From positions 1 through 35,163 of the IMG/VR virus record IMGVR_UViG_3300014208_001455: a stretch of 35,163 nucleotides of DNA, one strand, 5' to 3'. Below are positions 25,469 through 32,307 of this stretch, piece after piece. Position 1 is the stretch's first letter; every line of letters starts with the position of its first letter. The translations under genes were made by a program, and so were the position numbers. The notes below the pieces were generated by a model. It worked only from the letters and a program-made list of their open reading frames with translations. It did not search any database and was not told the DNA's origin. This stretch comes from a virus. Its lineage: Duplodnaviria > Caudoviricetes.

Positions 25469-27457
25469 ATGGCCCTCATCGTCACCATCAACGGCACCGA
25501 CCGTTCGGCGTTCATCGACTGGGAGTCGCTCAACGTCCAGCAAATCGCCACCTCTGAGGTCGATTCCGCCCAGTTCAAGGTCAAGACATACGGAGTAAAG
25601 AAGCTCGCGCTCACCGTCGGCGACGAGGTTCTTGTGTATGACGGCGCCACGGCGATCTTCGGCGGCACCATCGTCCGCGTGGCAAACGAGGTCCTGGCCG
25701 GCAACCTCACCACCGTCTCCGTCGAGTGCGTATCCCACGAGCGCACTCTGGACCGATACCTCGTGGCGCGCGAGATCCAAAACAAAAATGGGTTCTACGT
25801 CATCAACACTATCATCACGGAATTCGTGAACCGTACCAAGAAAGTCATCGCCTCTGGGGAGAGTACGGAGACCTGGACGACCGAGGATGGGACCGTGGCC
25901 GCGAATACGACCGCGGGGGAGTTCATCCTCGAAAGTCAGTCGCGCAAATTCACGGCCACAGCAGGCGCCACGGCCACCGCGCGCTTTCCCTTGACGCTCG
26001 ACCTCACCATCTTCGATAACGGCCTGGCGAGCACCACAGATGACCTGGTGACGTTCTGGTATCACGTCGACACCGTGTCCCGTTTCGCGAGCCTACGCCT
26101 ACGCCTGACGAACGACGCTCCTGGTACATACACCAACTATTTCGAGACGACGATCGTTGCGACGCCACGCCAAGGATGGAATCAGGCAGTCGTGGCAAAA
26201 TCAGCCTTCACCTCCACGGGTAGCCCCGTCTGGTCCGCTGTCACCGCGGGTCAATGTCAGATCACGGCAGGCGCTAGTGGCACGCTCAACGTCTCCATCG
26301 ACGACATCCGCCTCGTGAAAGTGTCCGAGGCCTTCACTCAGCAAAACGTTACAAGCGCCACGGCAGTGCTGGGGAGCGTCAAATTCAATTATGAGCAAGT
26401 ATCTCAAGCCCTCAAGCAGATCGCTGAGGCGCTGGGTTTTGAGTGGTACATCACGCCCTCCCGCGACATCTTCTTCTATCTTCCCTCGACCATCGTGGCA
26501 CCATTCGCCCTGACAGACACAAGCGGGAATTTCGTGTGGGACAGCTTGCGCGTGGAGAGCGACGTCACGAACATCAAGAATCAGGTCTTTGTACGTGGCG
26601 GGGAGTATGACGGCTCAACGATCACGGAGAGCATGGTGGCAGATGGTAGCCAGCTCCACTTCAAGACGCCGTACAAGATGAAGAACGTGAGTGTGAAGGT
26701 TGCTGGCGCAAGCAAGACCGTGGGCGTTGATAACCTGGACGATCCAACATCATACGATTGTCTCTACAATTTCAATGAAAAAACCCTAAAGTTTCGAAGC
26801 GACAATAAGCCGGCCGCAACCAAGATCGTCGCCATCACCGGCAATCCGAAGATCCCAGTCATTGTAAAAAAGAGTGACGCATCCAGCATCGCCACGCATG
26901 GAATTTATGAGTACGTGATCGTCGACAAATCCATCACAACGCTCCAGGGCGGCCGTGATCGCGCGAGCGCCGAGCTGAAGACGTACCGCGACAGTTTGGT
27001 CGAGGGAGGATTCAAAACGTACGTGGCGGGACTCAGAGCCGGACAGACCATCTCCGTCAACGTGGCCGCGCGCAGTATTGCGGACAGCTATCGCATCAGG
27101 TCCGTCACATTCCGCGCCAAAACACCCACGGAATTCGAGTACGAGGCCGCGATCGTGAGCACGCGCACGTTTGGCATCATCGACTACCTCCTTGGCCTCC
27201 TTCGCAAGGAGAAAAAACAGATCGACCTCAATGATAACGAGGTGAGCGATCTTGTGCAGGACATAACGGAAATGCTGACGATCACAGATGTGTGGCTCGC
27301 GGGGAGCCGGAACGATCAGACGGAGACCATCACGTCGTCAGAGGTTTTGAGCAGTCAGCTCGATCACGGAACGATCTTTGTGTTTGGTCCATACACCCCC
27401 ACGGGCTTTGTGGATAATAAGCGGGTGTTCATTTTCGACGGAAGTATATTGGGATAG
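25469..27457 (+). CDS. Tail tip/baseplate hub-like protein
   Basis: After tape measure; ALKQIAEALGFEWYI, NQVFVRGG, GLRAGQTISV motifs. Confidence 0.7.
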   Translation: MALIVTINGTDRSAFIDWESLNVQQIATSEVDSAQFKVKTYGVKKLALTVGDEVLVYDGATAIFGGTIVRVANEVLAGNLTTVSVECVSHERTLDRYLVAREIQNKNGFYVINTIITEFVNRTKKVIASGESTETWTTEDGTVAANTTAGEFILESQSRKFTATAGATATARFPLTLDLTIFDNGLASTTDDLVTFWYHVDTVSRFASLRLRLTNDAPGTYTNYFETTIVATPRQGWNQAVVAKSAFTSTGSPVWSAVTAGQCQITAGASGTLNVSIDDIRLVKVSEAFTQQNVTSATAVLGSVKFNYEQVSQALKQIAEALGFEWYITPSRDIFFYLPSTIVAPFALTDTSGNFVWDSLRVESDVTNIKNQVFVRGGEYDGSTITESMVADGSQLHFKTPYKMKNVSVKVAGASKTVGVDNLDDPTSYDCLYNFNEKTLKFRSDNKPAATKIVAITGNPKIPVIVKKSDASSIATHGIYEYVIVDKSITTLQGGRDRASAELKTYRDSLVEGGFKTYVAGLRAGQTISVNVAARSIADSYRIRSVTFRAKTPTEFEYEAAIVSTRTFGIIDYLLGLLRKEKKQIDLNDNEVSDLVQDITEMLTITDVWLAGSRNDQTETITSSEVLSSQLDHGTIFVFGPYTPTGFVDNKRVFIFDGSILG

Positions 27458-27501
27458 AAGACCAAATTTAACTCTTCATTATTCATTTTTTTCATCAGTG
27501 T

Positions 27502-28167
27502 ATGTCTTATCCTCGCAAGACGGTTGCGGCTATCGTCGGGACAGCCCTCGCGGGCATTGCCACCGTGGTTATCACGGTCGCAACGATCGCCACGCTCAAC
27601 GTGACGAATCTCACATCTGTAAACACGACATCGACCCGGGCCGTGATTGGCACGCTTACGGTCACGTCGACGGCTACGATGCCGGGAGCTCTCACCAATT
27701 CGTACTCGCTGTTCACGACCGGCAATTTATTGGCCACGTCCACGTTTTCCGCGCAGGCGGCCAATGTCACGACGACGCTCGCCGTGGGCGGCGCATCGAC
27801 GATGACGGGTGCAGTGGCGGCAAACGGCGGTCTTACGTTCACACAGGCTACGGGAACAACATCCTTCACCATCCCAGCCGCCGGGTCGCCTCTCAAGGGC
27901 TTGTACCGCACGACGAGCGCGATTGATGTGCAGTCAATGGCCATCGGATCCGTGACGTCATCCGCAGTCGCCCTGACCGGTTCCGTGGGAGACCATTGTA
28001 CGGCGGAGGCTATTTCCGGCGATTACCGATCGCCGACTTCCACCGGTTTAGTGCAATGCAAGATGACGGGTACGAATACGGCAACCTTGTATTTCTCGAA
28101 CGTCTCAAGCACGGCGGCCTTCGACGCCGGCATGTCCACATTCTCATTGTTGAATTTCGTATTCTAA
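27502..28167 (+). CDS. Thr/Ser-rich hypothetical protein with N-terminal hydrophobic segment
   Basis: gtATG start; TST/ATST-rich. Confidence 0.7.
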   Translation: MSYPRKTVAAIVGTALAGIATVVITVATIATLNVTNLTSVNTTSTRAVIGTLTVTSTATMPGALTNSYSLFTTGNLLATSTFSAQAANVTTTLAVGGASTMTGAVAANGGLTFTQATGTTSFTIPAAGSPLKGLYRTTSAIDVQSMAIGSVTSSAVALTGSVGDHCTAEAISGDYRSPTSTGLVQCKMTGTNTATLYFSNVSSTAAFDAGMSTFSLLNFVF

Positions 28168-28171
28168 AATC

Positions 28172-28633
28172 ATGCCTGAGCACATCCACGATCACCTGAC
28201 CCTCAAGGGCAGGGTGCGCCTTGCCGTCTGGAATCCAGATGGGAGTCTTGCGTCTGAGCAAATCGTGGACAACCTCGTGGTCACGGCTGGGCGCGCTCTC
28301 TTGGCGCAGGCGTTCGCGAATCCGAGTATCGACGTCCGCGTGTCTCATGTAGAGCTCGGCACAGGCACGACAGCGCCGGCAAACGGTGACACGGTACTCG
28401 AAACGCCAAGCTATCGAAACGCCATTGCGAGCGCGCTCAACGTGAGCAATGTGGCGACGCTGACGGGATTCTTCTCGGCGACGGAATGTAATGGCACCTA
28501 TCGAGAAGCCGGGCTATTTATCAACGGCACGGGGTCACTTGGTACCGGCACGCTACTCAGTCGCGTGGCGATCAATATCACGAAGAGCGCCATCCAGACG
28601 CTGACGATCGAATGGGCGATAACACTTTCCTAG
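28172..28633 (+). CDS. Tail-associated structural protein (paralog A)
   Basis: NLVVTAG, LGTGTTAP..DT.L, EAGLF motifs. Confidence 0.7.
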   Translation: MPEHIHDHLTLKGRVRLAVWNPDGSLASEQIVDNLVVTAGRALLAQAFANPSIDVRVSHVELGTGTTAPANGDTVLETPSYRNAIASALNVSNVATLTGFFSATECNGTYREAGLFINGTGSLGTGTLLSRVAINITKSAIQTLTIEWAITLS

Positions 28634-28634
28634 T

Positions 28635-29870
28635 ATGTCCTACACTCCCGGAGTCGCTGGTAATCAGCTCACAGCGGCCAACGCCAACAAAAACTGGTTC
28701 GGTCCGACGCAGACCTACGGAGAGACGATCGCCGTGGGCCACATTCTGTATCTCAAGGCGGCGGATGGAAAACATTGGAAGGCATCGGCGGCCACGCAGG
28801 CGCATGTCGATGCGCTCAGCGCCGCGGCGAACGTAGCCGGCTCCGCAAACGATGTTGTGAGTGTCATTCCTCCTGGAATGGTTATTGAGGGGCTATCTTC
28901 GCTTACGGCCGGATCCATCTATTATCTCCAAGATACGGCCGGGACGATCGGAACCACACCGGGCACCATTTCTGTCGAGGTCGGCGTAGCGCTCTCCACG
29001 ACATCGCTTTTGTTCATGCCGAGGGTTCCTCAGAAGATGGTGGATATTCAGGCGTTTACTGGCGACGGCACATGGACGAAACCAACCGGGGCAAAACTCG
29101 TTGAAGTATTTTTATTTGGCGCGGGTGGTGGCGGAGGCGGAGGAAACGCGGCAAGTGCTGGCACAGGCGGGGGAGGAGGCGCGTGTAACCACGTCATTCG
29201 TCCGGCGGATTTGTATTCTGCCACGGTCGCAATCACGATCGGAACCGGAGGCTCTGGCGGAGGCAATGACACAAACGGTTCTGCTGGTGGCACGTCAACA
29301 TTTGGCGCTTATTTTTCGGCATATGGAGGTGGCGGAGGATCGAAAGGAATCAACGCCGGACGTGCAGGCGGAGGAGGCGGCGGTACGTTGGGCGCTGGAG
29401 CGACATCCGCGGGCACTACCTGCACCGGAGGAAGTCCGGCCTATACAGCGGCGGTTGATGGAGCAGGCGGAGGAGGCGGAGGCGGGGAACAAGATGGAAA
29501 AAAAGCCGAGTATGGTGGAGCGGGCGGAGGCGGTCATGACGCCGGTCTCTGGGCCTACAATGGAGGATCTCCTATTTTTGGCGGAGGCGGGGGAGGTTGT
29601 GGATCGTCTGGTGCAAACGGCGCGGCGAATGGAGGCGGGGGAGGCGGAGGTGCGGCTGGTGGGACGGCTGAAGTGGCCGGAACTGCTGGTGCGAATGGCG
29701 GAGGCGGAGGCGGGGGAGGCGGGGGAAATAATGGCGGAGCAGGAGCCGGCGGTAATGCAGGCGCAGGAGGAGCATACGGTGGAGGTGGCGGCGGCGGAGG
29801 AAAAGGAACAAGCGCAGGCGCAGGCGGGAATGGCGGGAATGGCGGATGTGTCGTGATAACCCATTTTTGA
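28635..29870 (+). CDS. Tail fibre-like protein with glycine-rich C-terminal domain
   Basis: VGVALSTTSL; FTGDGTWTKPTG.K.VEV...GAGGGGG ... GG.GGNGGCVVI. Confidence 0.78.
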   Translation: MSYTPGVAGNQLTAANANKNWFGPTQTYGETIAVGHILYLKAADGKHWKASAATQAHVDALSAAANVAGSANDVVSVIPPGMVIEGLSSLTAGSIYYLQDTAGTIGTTPGTISVEVGVALSTTSLLFMPRVPQKMVDIQAFTGDGTWTKPTGAKLVEVFLFGAGGGGGGGNAASAGTGGGGGACNHVIRPADLYSATVAITIGTGGSGGGNDTNGSAGGTSTFGAYFSAYGGGGGSKGINAGRAGGGGGGTLGAGATSAGTTCTGGSPAYTAAVDGAGGGGGGGEQDGKKAEYGGAGGGGHDAGLWAYNGGSPIFGGGGGGCGSSGANGAANGGGGGGGAAGGTAEVAGTAGANGGGGGGGGGGNNGGAGAGGNAGAGGAYGGGGGGGGKGTSAGAGGNGGNGGCVVITHF

Positions 29871-29871
29871 T

Positions 29872-30420
29872 ATGCCCTCTATCAAAGAACAGGTCGGCAT
29901 CAAAGGTCACTACCGTCTCACTGAGTGCGATCCTTTGCGCGCACCCGAGCTGTACGAGAAAATCGTACGACTGATTGAGCGTGGGGAGCAGGTCGCGCGC
30001 GAGCTATTGGACGAATATCACGCCAAGGCGCTCGTTGCGGTCCATGAGTTTGATAACCTCATCCCAACCGTAGGACAGAGCGTGATCGCTCAACGCCTCG
30101 CGAATGTCACCACGTACACCGGTATCGTGAATTACGCCGCGGTTGGATCGAATACGACCACACCGAACATTTCAGACACGCAACTCGGCACAGAAACGTA
30201 CCGGCAGACACTCACGTCGCAGACGTATCTCGATAACATCGCCTACCTCTCGTGTTTCATCGTAGCGGGGAGCGCTACGGGCACGCACAAAGAGGCTGGG
30301 CTATTTATTGATGGGGGTGCAGGAGCAAATACAGGTCAACTGTTGTCCCATGTTGCTATCGACATCACAAAGGGGGCGTCAAATTCTTTGACATTGGACA
30401 TCGCCTTGACTGTTTCATGA
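29872..30420 (+). CDS. Tail-associated structural protein (paralog B)
   Basis: Clear similarity to 28172-28633. Confidence 0.7.
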   Translation: MPSIKEQVGIKGHYRLTECDPLRAPELYEKIVRLIERGEQVARELLDEYHAKALVAVHEFDNLIPTVGQSVIAQRLANVTTYTGIVNYAAVGSNTTTPNISDTQLGTETYRQTLTSQTYLDNIAYLSCFIVAGSATGTHKEAGLFIDGGAGANTGQLLSHVAIDITKGASNSLTLDIALTVS

Positions 30421-30465
30421 GATGGGGTTGTTCTGCCCTGGCAGAGGGGATAGGCTGTACGGACT

Positions 30466-30645
30466 ATGCCAAAACACGCTCTCAAAAAGGACGGTGTGAC
30501 GATCGTTCAAATCGTTGCAACACACGATAAAGTATTTGGACTCGGAGACGATCAGCTTGTCTATGAATGGAATCCATCATTTTGTGCTTTCTTACTTATT
30601 GAGCTCAGTGAAGAAGAGAAACGCAATCAGGAGGTGTATCTCTGA
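30466..30645 (+). CDS. Small hypothetical protein (59 aa, MPKHALKKDG...)
   Basis: Hand-translated; preceded by TTGTTC-N17-TAGGCT. Confidence 0.5.
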   Translation: MPKHALKKDGVTIVQIVATHDKVFGLGDDQLVYEWNPSFCAFLLIELSEEEKRNQEVYL

Positions 30646-30726
30646 GCACGCTGTCGAGTCGTAGCTGGGTACTTGACAACAGGGCCGACAAGTGGTTGGC
30701 TCTATCATGAAAACCAAAGATCAATC

Positions 30727-30771
30727 GCTTGTGGCCGCAAGGCCGCCCATTCATGGGGTTCTTAGACGAGC
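30727..30771 (+). ncRNA. Candidate C4-like antisense RNA core
   Basis: GCTTGT[GGCC-GCAA-GGCC]G[CCCA-TTCA-TGGG]GTTCTTAG-ACGAGC three-way junction. Confidence 0.45.
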
Positions 30772-30805
30772 AATTTCTGGGCTAGAAAATAGCCACATTT
30801 CGGCG

Positions 30806-30874
30806 TATAATATAAAAGCCGTCGACAGAAACCGCGTAGCCTAAGAACCGCGCGGGAGTATGTCGGCGGTTTTT
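30806..30874 (+). promoter_or_regulatory. Integrase -10 box and leader hairpin (attenuator-like)
   Basis: TATAAT 30806-30811; AAAAGCCGTCGACA/TGTCGGCGGTTTTT stem with CTAAGAAC loop. Confidence 0.55.
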
Positions 30875-30882
30875 GAATACTT

Positions 30883-32019
30883 ATGAGCACGAATAATTCG
30901 GAACATTTTCAGGCATTCCTCCGATGGCTCGGATGCCAGCATTCCGTGGCCACGGTTGCCAGTTATCGCAATGCGCTTGCGTCACTCATGAAATATCTCG
31001 ATGAGATTGATCGTGAACTTTTGGAGTGTAGTCTGGACGATTTTTCGAAATACATCATCTGGCTTGAAAACAAGGGCCTAAGATCCGGCACGCGCGGGCT
31101 GTACGTGACGTCCTTGAAAACGATGTGGTCATGGCTTCGCAAGCAGGGGATGGTCACGCTCGATGAGAGTATGATCCCAACGCCGAGGGTGGCGAGTGAC
31201 AGACGCTCGTATCCATTTTTGGAGCCGCACGAGTTTACGGCGCTTCTTGGGGCATTCGATGAGTTTTATCCCAAGGAACTGCGCAACAAGACGATTATTG
31301 CCTTCTTGTACGCAACAGGCGTGCGGCTTGGTGAACTTTTGAGTTTGAACGTCGATGATCTCAATCTTGAGCGCATGGTTGCGGTTGTGCGAACTTTCAA
31401 ACGCCACGATCACAAGCGTGAGATTTATTGGGATGAGGAGACCAATCGGCTTTTGGGGAAATGGTTGGAGACCCGTGCGCATGTTCTCCGGACACAGGGG
31501 AGCGGCTGTGAGGCTCTATGGGTCAGCATGGACACGTCACGCCCTCCCGCGCGCCTTGAGCGCCATTGCGTGCAAAAGCTCTTTCGTGCGCTTCGTAAAC
31601 AGCTCGGCATGGATAAGCCTCTCTCACCTCATTCCTGTCGCCACGGCTTCGGCTATCGTGGCGTGCGCAACGATGTGAACCTTCGATATTTGCAGGTTGC
31701 CATGGGGCACGCGAATCTCAAGAATACGATGGTGTACATGGGGTACAAAGAGAAAGAGGTCGAGGACGAGTGCCGTGCGAAGCTCCTGCCGGAAGTCGGA
31801 ACGCTATTGACGGAGTGTCGGGAGAAGAATACTATGTTTATGTATGCCAGTACCAGAAAAAATCGCTCGAAATTCGAGCATAGTCCGCCAATTCGAAAGA
31901 GGCCTTTCTTACAGAGAAATAGCCAAGATTCAGGGCCTTCACGTAAAAACCGTTTGGGACATTATTCAACGAGACCAAGAACGGAAGAAGAAAAAAGCGT
32001 TGTAATGACGGGAGTTTGA
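30883..32019 (+). CDS. int: Tyrosine recombinase/integrase (XerC/D-like)
   Basis: SAM-like N-terminus, LYATGVRLGEL, PHSCRH, MGHANLKNTMVY. Confidence 0.93.
   Translation: MSTNNSEHFQAFLRWLGCQHSVATVASYRNALASLMKYLDEIDRELLECSLDDFSKYIIWLENKGLRSGTRGLYVTSLKTMWSWLRKQGMVTLDESMIPTPRVASDRRSYPFLEPHEFTALLGAFDEFYPKELRNKTIIAFLYATGVRLGELLSLNVDDLNLERMVAVVRTFKRHDHKREIYWDEETNRLLGKWLETRAHVLRTQGSGCEALWVSMDTSRPPARLERHCVQKLFRALRKQLGMDKPLSPHSCRHGFGYRGVRNDVNLRYLQVAMGHANLKNTMVYMGYKEKEVEDECRAKLLPEVGTLLTECREKNTMFMYASTRKNRSKFEHSPPIRKRPFLQRNSQDSGPSRKNRLGHYSTRPRTEEEKSVVMTGV
31807..31835 (+). promoter_or_regulatory. Sigma70-type promoter inside integrase 3' end
   Basis: TTGACG-N17-TACTAT, 8 nt before ATG 31844. Confidence 0.6.
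31844..32005 (+). CDS. Small HTH DNA-binding protein (53 aa) nested in +1 frame of integrase
   Basis: MPVPEKIARNSSIVRQFERGLSYREIAKIQGLHVKTVWDIIQRDQERKKKKAL; classic HTH pattern. Confidence 0.75.
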   Translation: MPVPEKIARNSSIVRQFERGLSYREIAKIQGLHVKTVWDIIQRDQERKKKKAL

Positions 32020-32031
32020 AGGTGTCGGGAG

Positions 32032-32077
32032 TTATCCACAGGCTATCATTGACGGCGTCGGGAGATAGGAGTATAGT
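32032..32077 (+). promoter_or_regulatory. Perfect DnaA box and sigma70 promoter
   Basis: TTATCCACA 32032-32040; TTGACG-N17-TATAGT 32049-32077. Confidence 0.65.
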
Positions 32078-32083
32078 GGTAAT

Positions 32084-32180
32084 TGTAGATTGATTCCACG
32101 CTCCTGAACGCAAGTGAGGTCACGAAGAGTGCCCGCCGGGTAGCACAGTGGAGCAAACGCTAAGCGATCAAATCAACAAA
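32084..32180 (+). ncRNA. Candidate small RNA (~95 nt) of unknown class
   Basis: Between a good promoter and a terminator; ends pair (GATTGAT/ATCAAATC), GCTCC/GGAGC; no credible ORF. Confidence 0.4.
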
Positions 32181-32210
32181 AAAAGAACAGACCATATGGT
32201 CTGTTCTTTT
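32181..32210. terminator. Bidirectional intrinsic terminator-like perfect palindrome
   Basis: AAAAGAACAGACCATATGGTCTGTTCTTTT. Confidence 0.7.
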
Positions 32211-32307
32211 GTAGAAAAAAGTTGTCGGTTGTGGATATGTATTTCGATGTTAATGTGCTATACTTTTTTCGTTACTCATTTGGTCTTTAACATTCGTCAA
32301 TTATTTT

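Larger units (their letters stand above)
1..32019 (+). mobile_element. Prophage (HK97-fold siphovirus-like, temperate); left end outside window, right boundary approximate
   Basis: Contiguous recombination/replication, packaging, head, tail and lysis genes plus a tyrosine integrase next to a host-type gene; att core not determinable. Confidence 0.92.

Noticed and set aside
24692-26065. 457-aa minus-strand ORF as listed in the track
   Set aside because: The upstream half is antisense shadow of the tail gene; a better start with its own -10 is at 25390
29120-29850. GGCGGAGGC-type repeats as an array or CRISPR
   Set aside because: They are poly-Gly codons within a CDS; no repeat-spacer periodicity, no cas genes
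28172-30420. Diversity-generating retroelement acting on fibre genes
   Set aside because: No reverse transcriptase and no near-identical TR/VR pair with adenine-specific mismatches seen
30707-30844. 45-codon ORF MKTKDQSLV... upstream of integrase
   Set aside because: Overlaps the structured RNA and the -10 box, no recognisable features; cannot be supported
32040-32210. tRNA, tmRNA or SRP RNA as integration site
   Set aside because: No T-arm GTTCRA, CCA end or SRP domain-IV motif recognisable
32230-32264. TGTGGATAT before the host surface gene as another instance of the 36-bp layout
   Set aside because: Spacing to TATACT (32259) is 29 bp, so not counted
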